Source: Utricularia gibba
Lineage: Eukaryota > Plantae > Magnoliophyta
Length of the DNA: 64,000 nucleotides
Direction of reading: 5' to 3'
NCBI GenBank assembly: GCA_002189035.1
Contig: NEEC01000101.1
Location: 53,918-117,917 of the forward strand
In this document: piece by piece, positions 51,113 through 63,100 of the stretch
Layout: every line of letters begins with the position of its first letter
Numbering within the stretch: the stretch's first letter is position 1
Translations under genes and position numbers: made by a program
The notes under the pieces: model-generated
Seen by the model: the letters and a program-made list of their open reading frames with translations, nothing else
What the model was told of the DNA's origin: nothing
Databases searched by the model: none

Positions 51113-54100
51113 GTCATGCATTTATCAACGTTGGGTTTTCGGCGGCTGCCTAAATGGTTTTTCAAGCAACAGCTTGCCGTTTTAAGGCGGGTGCTGTCGT
51201 TGGCAGCTTTGTAAGGGCCCAAGGTTTGGTCTGGCTCCTGAGCCCAATCGGGTCCTACTCGATGAAAATCGTGATGCATTTAATGAAGTTAGGATGTCAT
51301 GAGCGCCCCAAATGGTTTTCTCAACAACCTGATTTATATTTGACGAGGTGCTCTAGGCTGGCACTAGTATCGAGCAAATGGTCGAGTCGCGCTCTGGCCC
51401 ATAGTCATTTGTAGCCCGGCCAAAAAAGTGATGCATTTATTAACGTTGGGTTTTCGGCGGCTGCCTACATGCTTTTTCAAGGAAAAGTTGTCGTTTTTTG
51501 GCGGGTGCTGTTGTTGGGAACTTCGTCCGGACCCAAGGTTCGGTCTGACTTCACAGCACAATAAGGTCCCATTCGACGAAAATCGTGATACCTTTATTGC
51601 TGTTAGGATCTCATGATTACCCAAATGCTTTTTTCAACAGCATGCTATACACTTGAGAAGGCGCTTTTGTGGGTCACCGAGATCGGCCCGGAATTCGGGT
51701 CGAGCTCGGGCCCAAAGTCAGCTGTAGCCCGATAAAAGAAGTGATGCATTTATTAACGTTGGGTTGTCGGCGGCTGCCCACATGGTTTTTCAAGCAACAG
51801 CTTGCCGTTTTAAGGCGGGTGCTGTCGTTGGCAGCTTTGTAAGGGCCCAAGGTTTGGTCTGGCTCCTGAGCCCAATCGGGTCCTACTCGATGAAAATCGT
51901 GATGCATTTAATGAAGTTAGGATGTCATGAGCGCCCAAAATGGTTTTCTCAACAACCTGATTTATATTTGACGAGGTGCTCTAGGCTGGCACTAGTATCG
52001 AGCAAATGGTCGAGTCGCGCTCTGGCCCATAGTCATTTGTAGCCCGGCAAAAAAGTGATGCATTTATTAACGTTGGGTTTTCGGCGGCTGCCTACATGCT
52101 TTTTCAAGGAAAAGTTGTCGTTTTTTGGCGGGTGCTGTTGTTGGGAACTTCGTCCGGACCCAAGGTTCGGTCTGACTTCACAGCACAATAAGGTCCCATT
52201 CGACGAAAATCGTGATACCTTTATTGAAGTTAGGATCTCATGACCCCAAATGCTTTTTTCAACAGCATGCTATACACTTGAGAAGGCGCTTTTGTGGGTC
52301 ACCGAGATCGGCCGGAATTCGGGTCGAGCTCGGGCCAAAAGTCAGCTGTAGCCCGATAAAAGAAGTGATGCATTTATTAACGTTGGGTTGTCGGCGGCTG
52401 CCCACATGGTTTTTCAAGCAACAGCTTGCCGTTTTAAGGCGGGTGCTGTCGTTGGCAGCTTTGTAAGGGCCCAAGGTTTGGTCTGGCTCCTGAGCCCAAT
52501 CGGGTCCTACTCGATGAAAATCGTGATGCATTTAATGAAGTTAGGATGTCATGAGCGCCCAAAATGGTTTTCTCAACAACCTGATTTATATTTGACGAGG
52601 TGCTCTAGGCTGGCACTAGTATCGAGCAAATGGTCGAGTCGCGCTCTGGCCCATAGTCATTTGTAGCCCGGCCAAAAAAGTGATGCATTTATTAACGTTG
52701 GGTTTTCGGCGGCTGCCTACATGCTTTTTCAAGGAAAAGTTGTCGTTTTTTGGCGGGTGCTGTTGTTGGGAACTTCGTCCGGACCCAAGGTTCGGTCTGA
52801 CTTCACAGCACAATAAGGTCCCATTCGACGAAAATCGTGATACCTTTATTGAAGTTAGGATCTCATGACCCCCAAATGCTTTTTTCAACAGCATGCTTAA
52901 CTTGAGAAGGCGCTTTTGTGGGTCACCGAGATCGGCCGGAATTCAGGTCGGGCTTGGGGGACAAAGTCAGCTGTAGCCCGTCAAAAGAAGTGATGCATTT
53001 ATTAACGTTGGGTTGTCGGCGGCTGCCCACATTTTTCAAGCAACAGCTTGCCGTTTTAAGGCGGGTGCTGTCGTTGGCAGCTTTGTAAGGGCCCAAGGTT
53101 GGCTCCTGAGCCCAATCGGGTCCTACTCGATGAAAATCGTGATGCATTTGCTTTTGTTAGGATGTCATGAGAACCCAATGGGTTTTCTCCACACTCTACT
53201 TTATATTTGAGAAGGCGCTCTCGGGGGGTTTTGGGATTGGGCCAGAGGTCGGGTCGGGCTCACGCCCATAGTCAGTTGTAGCCCGGAAAATAAGTCATGC
53301 ATTTATCAACGTTGGGTTTTCGGCGGCTGCCTAAATGGTTTTTCAAGCAACAGCTTGCCGTTTTAAGGCGGGTGCTGTCGTTGGCAGCTTTGTAAGGGCC
53401 CAAGGTTTGGTCTGGCTCCTGAGCCCAATCGGGTCCTACTCGATGAAAATCGTGATGCATTTAATGAAGTTAGGATGTCATGAGCGCCCAAATGGTTTTC
53501 TCAACAACCTGATTTATATTTGACGAGGTGCTCTAGGCTGGCACTAGTATCGAGCAAATGGTCGAGTCGCGCTCTGGCCCATAGTCATTTGTAGCCCGGC
53601 CAAAAAAGTGATGCATTTATTAACGTTGGGTTTTCGGCGGCTGCCTACATGCTTTTTCAAGGAAAAGTTGTCGTTTTTTGGCGGGTGCTGTTGTTGGGAA
53701 CTTCGTCCGGACCCAAGGTTCGGTCTGACTTCACAGCACAATAAGGTCCCATTCGACGAAAATCGTGATACCTTTATTGCTGTTAGGATCTCATGATTAC
53801 CCCAAATGCTTTTTTCAACAGCATGCTATAAACTTGAGAAGGCGCTTTTGTGGGTCACCGAGATCGGCCCGGAATTCGGGTCGAGCTCGGGCCCAAAGTC
53901 AGCTGTAGCCCGATAAAAGAAGTGATGCATTTATTAACGTTGGGTTGTCGGCGGCTGCCCACATGGTTTTTCAAGCAACAGCTTGCCGTTTTAAGGCGGG
54001 TGCTGTCGTTGGCAGCTTTGTAAGGGCCCAAGGTTTGGTCTGGCTCCTGAGCCCAATCGGGTCCTACTCGATGAAAATCGTGATGCATTTAATGAAGTTA

Positions 54101-57100
54101 GGATGTCATGAGCGCCCCAAATGGTTTTCTCAACAACCTGATTTATATTTGACGAGGTGCTCTAGGCTGGCACTAGTATCGAGCAAATGGTCGAGTCGCG
54201 CTCTGGCCCATAGTCATTTGTAGCCCGGCAAAAAAGTGATGCATTTATTAACGTTGGGTTTTCGGCGGCTGCCTACATGCTTTTTCAAGAAAAGTTGTCG
54301 TTTTTTGGCGGGTGCTGTTGTTGGGAACTTCGTCCGGACCCAAGGTTCGGTCTGACTTCACAGCACAATAAGGTCCCATTCGACGAAAATCGTGATACCT
54401 TTATTGAAGTTAGGATCTCATGACCCCAAATGCTTTTTTCAACAGCATGCTTAACTTGAGAAGGCGCTTTTGTGGGTCACCGAGATCGGCCGGAATTCGG
54501 GTCGAGCTCGGGCCCAAAGTCAGCTGTAGCCCGTAAAAGAAGTGATGCATTTATTAACGTTGGGTTGTCGGCGGCTGCCCACATGGTTTTTCAAGCAACA
54601 GCTTGCCGTTTTAAGGCGGGTGCTGTCGTTGGCAGCTTTGTAAGGGCCCAAGGTTTGGTCTGGCTCCTGAGCCCAATCGGGTCCTACTCGATGAAAATCG
54701 TGATGCATTTAATGAAGTTAGGATGTCATGAGCGCCCCAAATGGTTTTCTCAACAACCTGATTTATATTTGACGAGGTGCTCTAGGCTGGCACTAGTATC
54801 GAGCAAAGGTCGAGTCGCGCTCTGGCCCATAGTCATTTGTAGCCCGGCAAAAAAGTGATGCATTTATTAACGTTGGGTTTTCGGCGGCTGCCTACATGCT
54901 TTTTCAAGGAAAAGTTGTCGTTTTTTGGCGGGTGCTGTTGTTGGGAACTTCGTCCGGACCCAAGGTTCGGTCTGACTTCACAGCACAATAAGGTCCCATT
55001 CGACGAAAATCGTGATACCTTTATTGCTGTTAGGATCTCATGACCCCAAATGCTTTTTTCAACAGCATGCTATACACTTGAGAAGGCGCTTTTGTGGGTC
55101 ACCGAGATCGGCCGGAATTCGGGTCGCTCGGGCCAAAGTCAGCTGTAGCCCGATAAAAGAAGTGATGCATTTATTAACGTTGGGTTGTCGGCGGCTGCCC
55201 ACATGGTTTTTCAAGCAACAGCTTGCCGTTTTAAGGCGGGTGCTGTCGTTGGCAGCTTTGTAAGGGCCCAAGGTTTGGTCTGGCTCCTGAGCCCAATCGG
55301 GTCCTACTCGATGAAAATCGTGATGCATTTAATGAAGTTAGGATGTCATGAGCGCCCCAAATGGTTTTCTCAACAACCTGATTTATATTTGACGAGGTGC
55401 TCTAGGCTGGCACTAGTATCGAGCAAATGGTCGAGTCGCGCTCTGCCCATAGTCATTTGTAGCCCGGCCAAAAAAGTGATGCATTTATTAACGTTGGGTT
55501 TTCGGCGGCTGCCTACATGCTTTTTCAAGGAAAAGTTGTCGTTTTTTGGCGGGTGCTGTTGTTGGGAACTTCGTCCGGACCCAAGGTTCGGTCTGACTTC
55601 ACAGCACAATAAGGTCCCATTCGACGAAAATCGTGATACCTTTATTGAAGTTAGGATCTCATGACCGCCCAAATGCTTTTTTCAACAGCATGCTTTAAAC
55701 TTGAGAAGGCGCTTTTGTGGGTCACCGAGATCGGGCCGGAATTCAGGTCGGGCTTGGGGGACAAAGTCAGCTGTAGCCCGTCAAAAGAAGTGATGCATTT
55801 ATTAACGTTGGTTGTCGGCGCTGCCCACATGGTTTTTCAAGCAACAGCTTGCCGTTTTAAGGCGGGTGCTGTCGTTGGCAGCTTTGTAAGGGCCCAAGGT
55901 TCGGTCTCCTGAGCCCAATCGGGTCCTACTCGATGAAAATCGTGATGCATTTGCTTTTGTTAGGATGTCATGAGAACCCAATGGGTTTTCTCCACACTCT
56001 ACTTTATATTTGAGAAGGCGCTCTCGGGGGTTTTGGGATTGGGCCAGAGGTCGGGTCGGGCTCACGCCCATAGTCAGTTGTAGCCCGGAAAATAAGTCAT
56101 GCATTTATCAACGTTGGGTTTTCGGCGGCTGCCTAAATGGTTTTTCAAGCAACAGCTTGCCGTTTTAAGGCGGGTGCTGTCGTTGGCAGCTTTGTAAGGG
56201 CCCAAGGTTTGGTCTGGCTCCTGAGCCCAATCGGGTCCTACTCGATGAAAATCGTGATGCATTTAATGAAGTTAGGATGTCATGAGCGCCCCAAATGGTT
56301 TTCTCAACAACCTGATTTATATTTGACGAGGTGCTCTAGGCTGGCACTAGTATCGAGCAAATGGTCGAGTCGCGCTCTGGCCCATAGTCATTTGTAGCCC
56401 GGCCAAAAAAGTGATGCATTTATTAACGTTGGGTTTTCGGCGGCTGCCTACATGCTTTTTCAAGGAAAAGTTGTCGTTTTTTGGCGGTGCTGTTGTTGGG
56501 AACTTCGTCCGGACCCAAGGTTCGGTCTGACTTCACAGCACAATAAGGTCCCATTCGACGAAAATCGTGATACCTTTATTGCTGTTAGGATCTCATGATT
56601 ACCCCAAATGCTTTTTTCAACAGCATGCTATAACTTGAGAAGGCGCTTTTGTGGGTCACCGAGATCGGCCCGGAATTCGGGTCGAGCTCGGGCCCAAAGT
56701 CAGCTGTAGCCCGATAAAAGAAGTGATGCATTTATTAACGTTGGGTTGTCGGCGGCTGCCCACATGGTTTTTCAAGCAACAGCTTGCCGTTTTAAGGCGG
56801 GTGCTGTCGTTGGCAGCTTTGTAAGGGCCCAAGGTTTGTCTGGCTCCTGAGCCCAATCGGGTCCTACTCGATGAAAATCGTGATGCATTTAATGAAGTTA
56901 GGATGTCATGAGCGCCCCAAATGGTTTCCAACAACCTGATTTATATTTGACGAGGTGCTCTAGGCTGGCACTAGTATCGAGCAAATGGTCGAGTCGCGCT
57001 CTGGCCCATAGTCATTTGTAGCCCGGCAAAAAAAGTGATGCATTTATTAACGTTGGGTTTTCGGCGCTGCCTACATGCTTTTTCAAGCAAAAGTTGTCGT

Positions 57101-60100
57101 TTTTTGGGGGTGCTGTTGTTGGGAACTTCGTCCGGACCCAAGGTTCGGTCTGACTTCACAGCACAATAAGGTCCCATTCGACGAAAATCGTGATACCTTT
57201 ATTGAAGTTAGGATCTCATGACCCCAAATGCTTTTTTCAACAGCATGCTTTAACTTGAGAAGGCGCTTTTGTGGGTCACCGAGATCGGGCCGGAATTCGG
57301 GTCGGGCTTGGGGACAAAGTCAGCTGTAGCCCGTCAAAAGAAGTGATGCATTTATTAACGTTGGGTTGTCGGCGGCTGCCCACATGGTTTTTCAAGCAAC
57401 AGCTTGCCGTTTTAAGGCGGGTGCTGTCGTTGGCAGCTTTGTAAGGGCCAAAGGTTTGGTCTGGCTCCTGAGCCTCGGTCCTACTCGATGAAAATCGTGA
57501 TGCATTTAATGAAGTTAGGATGTCATGAGCGCCCCAAATGGTTTTCTCAACAACCTGATTTATATTTGACGAGGTGCTCTAGGCTGGCACTAGTATCGAG
57601 CAAATGGTCGAGTCGCGCTCTGGCCCATAGTCATTTGTAGCCGGCCAAAAAAGTGATGCATTTATTAACGTTGGGTTTTCGGCGGCTGCCTACATGCTTT
57701 TTGAAGCAAAAGTTGTCGTTTTTTGGCGGTGCTGTTGTTGTGGGAACTTCGTCCGGACCCAAGGTTCGGTCTGACTTCACAGCACAATAAGGTCCCATTC
57801 GACGAAAATCGTGATACCTTTATTGAAGTTAGGATCTCATGACCGCCCCAAATGCTTTTTTCAACAGCATGCTTTAAACTTGAGAAGGCGCTTTTGTGGG
57901 TCACCGAGATCGGGCCGGAATTCGGTCGGGCTCGGGGACAAAGTCAGCTGTAGCCCGTCAAAAGAAGTGATGCATTTATTAACGTTGGCTTGTCGGCGGC
58001 TGCCCACATGGTTTTTCAAGCAACAGCTTGCCGTTTTAAGGCGGGTGCTGTCGTTGGCAGCTTTGTAAGGGCCCAAGGTTCGGTCTGGCTCCTGAGCCCA
58101 ATCGGGTCCTACTCGATGAAAATCGTGATGCATTTGCTTTTGTTAGGATGTCATGAGAACCAATGGGGAGAAGGCGCTCTCGGGGGTTTAGGGATTGGGC
58201 CAGAGGTCGGGTCGGGCTCATAGTCAGTTGTAGCCCGGAAAATAAGTCATGCATTTATCAACGTTGGCGAAATGGTTTTTCAAGCAACAGCTTGCCGTTT
58301 TAAGGCGGGTGCTGTCGTTGGCAGCTTTGTAGGGCCCAAGGTTTGGTCTGGCTCCTGAGCCCAATCGGGTCCTACTCGATGAAAATCGTGATGCATTTAA
58401 TGAAGTTAGGATGTCATGAGCGCCCCAAATGGTTTTCTCAACAACCTGATTTATATTTGACGAGGTGCTCTAGGCTGGCACTAGTATCGAGCAAATGGTC
58501 GAGTCGCGCTCTGGCCCATAGTCATTTGTAGCCTGGCAAAAAAGTGATGCATTTATTAACGTTGGGTTTTCGGCGGCTGCCTACATGCTTTTTGAAGCAA
58601 AAGTTGTCGTTTTTTGGCGGGTGCTGTTGTTGGGAACTTCGTCCGGACCCAAGGTTCGGTCTGACTTCACAGCACAATAAGGTCCCATTCGACGAAAATC
58701 GTGATACCTTTATTGAAGTTAGGATCTCATGACCGCCCCAAATGCTTTTTTCAACAGCATGCTTTAAACTTGAGAAGGCGCTTTTGTGGGTCACCGAGAT
58801 CGGGCCGGAATTCAGGTCGGGCTTGGGGGACAAAGTCAGCTGTAGCCCGTCAAAAGAAGTGATGCATTTATTAACGTTGGCTTGTCGGCGGCTGCCCATG
58901 GTTTTTAAAGCAACAGCTTGCCGTTTTAAGGCGGGTGCTGTCGTTGGCAGCTTTGTAAGGGCCCAAGGTTCGGTCTGGCTCCTGAGCCCAATCGGGTCCT
59001 ACTCGATGAAAATCGTGATGCATTTGCTTTTGTTAGGATGTCATGAGAACCCCAATGGTTTTTCTCCACACTCTACTTTATATTTGAGAAGGCGCTCTCG
59101 GGGGGTTTAGGGATTGGGCCAGAGGTCGGGTCGGGCTCACGCCCATAGTCAGTTGTAGCCCGGAAAATAAGTCATGCATTTATCAACGTTGGGTTTTCGG
59201 CGGCTGCCTAAATGGTTTTTCAAGCAACAGCTTGCCGTTTTAAGGCGGGTGCTGTCGTTGGCAGCTTTGTACGGGCCCAAGGTTTGGTCTGGCTCCTGAG
59301 CCCAATCGGGTCCTACTCGATGAAAATCGTGATGCATTTAATGAAGTTAGGATGTCATGAGCGCCCCAAATGGTTTTCTCAACAACCTGATTTATATTTG
59401 ACGAGGTGCTCTAGGCTGGCACTAGTATCGAGCAAATGGTCGAGTCGCGCTCTGGCCCATAGTCATTTGTAGCCCGGCCAAAAAAGTGATGCATTTATTA
59501 ACGTTGGGTTTTCGGCGGCTGCCTACATGCTTTTTGAGGCAAAAGTTGTCGTTTTTTGGCGGGTGCTGTTGTTGGGAACTTCGTCCGGACCCAAGGTTCG
59601 GTCTGACTTCACAGCACAATAAGGTCCCATTCGACGAAAATCGTGATACCTTTATTGAAGTTAGGGATCTCATGAGCTTTTTCAACAGCAACTTTGAGAA
59701 GGCGCTTTTGTGGGTCACCGAGATCGGGCCGGAATTCGGGTCGGCTTGGGGACAAAGTCAGCTGTAGCCCGTCAAAAGAAGTGATGCATTTATTAACGTT
59801 GGTTGTCGGCGCTGCCCACATGGTTTTTCAAGCAACAGCTTGCCGTTTTAAGGCGGGTGCTGTCGTTGGCAGCTTTGTAAGGGCCCAAGGTTCGGTCTGG
59901 CTCCTGAGCCCAATCGGGTCCTACTCGATGAAAATCGTGATGCATTTGCTTTTGTTAAACACTCTACTTTATATTTGAGAAGGCGCTCTCGGGGGTTTAG
60001 GGATTGGGCCAGAGGTCGGGTCGGGCTCACGCCCATAGTCAGTTGTAGCCCGGAAAATAAGTCATGCATTTATCAACGTTGGGTTTTCGGCGGCTGCCTA

Positions 60101-63100
60101 AATGGTTTTTCAAGCAACAGCTTGCCGTTTTAAGGCGGGTGCTGTCGTTGGCAGCTTTGTACGGGCCCAAGGTTTGGTCTGGCTCCTGAGCCCAATCGGG
60201 TCCTACTCGATGAAAATCGTGATGCATTTAATGAAGTTAGGATGTCATGAGCGCCCCAAATGGTTTTCTCAACAACCTGATTTATATTTGACGAGGTGCT
60301 CTAGGCTGGCACTAGTATCGAGCAAATGGTCGAGTCGCGCTCTGGCCCATAGTCATTTGTAGCCTGGCAAAAAAGCGATGCATTTATTAACGTTGGGTTT
60401 TCGGCGGCTGCCTACATGCTTTTTGAAGCAAAAGTTGTCGTTTTTTGGCGGGTGCTGTGTTGGGAACTTCGTCCGGACCCAAGGTTCGGTCTGACTTCAC
60501 AGCACAATAAGGTCCCATTCGACGAAAATCGTGATACCTTTATTGAAGTTAGGATCTCATGACCCCAAATGCTTTTTTCAACAGCATGCTTTAAACTTGA
60601 GAAGGCGCTTTTGTGGGTCACCGAGATCGGGCCGGAATTCAGGTCGGGCTTGGGGGACAAAGTCAGCTGTAGCCCGTCAAAAGAAGTGATGCATTTATTA
60701 ACGTTGGCTTGTCGGCGGCTGCCCACATGGTTTTAAAGCAACAGCTTGCCGTTTTAAGGCGGGTGCTGTCGTTGGCAGCTTTGTAAGGGCCCAAGGTTCG
60801 GTCTGGCTCCTGAGCCCAATCGGGTCCTACTCGATGAAAATCGTGATGCATTTGCTTTTGTTAGGATGTCATGAGAACCCAATGGGTTTTCTCCACACTC
60901 TACTTTATATTTGAGAAGGCTCTCGGGGGGTTTAGGGATTGGGCCAGAGGTCGGGTCGGGCTCACGCCCATAGTCAGTTGTAGCCCGGAAAATAAGTCAT
61001 GCATTTATCAACGTTGGGTTTTCGGCGGCTGCCTAAATGGTTTTTCAAGCAACAGCTTGCCGTTTTAAGGCGGGTGCTGTCGTTGGCAGCTTTGTACGGG
61101 CCCAAGGTTTGGTCTGGCTCCTGAGCCCAATCGGGTCCTACTCGATGAAAATCGTGATGCATTTAATGAAGTTAGGATGTCATGAGCGCCCCAAATGGTT
61201 TTCTCAACAACCTGATTTATATTTGACGAGGTGCTCTAGGCTGGCACTAGTATCGAGCAAATGGTCGAGTCGCGCTCTGGCCCATAGTCATTTGTAGCCC
61301 GGCCAAAAAAGTGATGCATTTATTAACGTTGGGTTTTCGGCGGCTGCCTACATGCTTTTTGAGGCAAAAGTTGTCGTTTTTTGGCGGGTGCTGTTGTTGG
61401 GAACTTCGTCCGGACCCAAGGTTCGGTCTGACTTCACAGCACAATAAGGTCCCATTCGACGAAAATCGTGATACCTTTATTGAAGTTAGGATCTCATGAC
61501 CGCCCCAAATGCTTTTTTCAACAGCATGCTTTAAACTTGAGAAGGCGCTTTTGTGGGTCACCGAGATCGGGCCGGAATTCAGGTCGGCTTGGGGGACAAA
61601 GTCAGCTGTAGCCCGTCAAAAGAAGTGATGCATTTATTAACGTTGGCTTGTCGGCGGCTGCCCACATGGTTTTTAAAGCAACAGCTTGCCGTTTTAAGGC
61701 GGGTGCTGTCGTTGGCAGCTTTGTAAGGGCCCAAGGTTCGGTCTGGCTCCTGAGCCCAATCGGGTCCTACTCGATGAAAATCGTGATGCATTTGCTTTTG
61801 TTAGGATGTCATGAGAACCCCAATGGGTTTTCTCCACACTCTACTTTATATTTGAGAAGGCGCTCTCGGGGGTTTAGGGATTGGGCCAGAGGTCGGGTCG
61901 GGCTCACGCCCATAGTCAGTTGTAGCCCGGAAAATAAGTCATGCATTTATCAACGTTGGGTTTTCGGCGGCTGCCTAAATGGTTTTTCAAGCAACAGCTT
62001 GCCGTTTTAAGGCGGGTGCTGTCGTTGGCAGCTTTGTACGGGCCCAAGGTTTGGTCTGGCTCCTGAGCCCAATCGGGTCCTACTCGATGAAAATCGTGAT
62101 GCATTTAATGAAGTTAGGATGTCATGAGCGCCCCAAATGGTTTTCTCAACAACCTGATTTATATTTGACGAGGTGCTCTAGGCTGGCACTAGTATCGAGC
62201 AAATGGTCGAGTCGCGCTCTGGCCCATAGTCATTTGTAGCCCGGCCAAAAAAGTGATGCATTTATTAACGTTGGGTTTTCGGCGGCTGCCTACATGCTTT
62301 TTGAAGCAAAAGTTGTCGTTTTTTGGCGGGTGCTGTTGTTGGGAACTTCGTCCGGACCCAAGGTTCGGTCTGACTTCACAGCACAATAAGGTCCCATTCG
62401 ACGAAAATCGTGATACCTTTATTGGTTAGGATCTCATGACCCAAATGCTTTTTTCAACAGCATGCTATACACTTGAGAAGGCGCTTTGTGGGTCACCGAG
62501 ATCGGCCCGGAATTCGGGTCGAGCTCGGGCCCAAAGTCAGCTGTAGCCCGATAAAAGAAGTGATGCATTTATTAACGTTGGGTTGTCGGCGGCTGCCCAC
62601 ATGGTTTTTCAAGCAACAGCTTGCCGTTTTAAGGCGGGTGCTGTCGTTGGCAGCTTTGTAAGGGCCCAAGGTTTGTCTGGCTCCTGAGCCCAATCGGGTC
62701 CTACTCGATGAAAATCGTGATGCATTTAATGAAGTTAGGATGTCATGAGCGCCCCAAATGGTTTTCTCAACAACCTGATTTATATTTGACGAGGTGCTCT
62801 AGGCTGGCACTAGTATCGAGCAAATGGTCGAGTCGCGCTCTGGCCCATAGTCATTTGTAGCCTGGCAAAAAAGCGATGCATTTATTAACGTTGGGTTTTC
62901 GGCGGCTGCCTACATGCTTTTTGAAGCAAAAGTTGTCGTTTTTTGGCGGGTGCTGTTGTTGGGAACTTCGTCCGGACCCAAGGTTCGGTCTGACTTCACA
63001 GCACAATAAGGTCCCATTCGACGAAAATCGTGATACCTTTATTGAAGTTAGGATCTCATGACCGCCCCAAATGCTTTTTTCAACAGCATGCTTTAAACTT

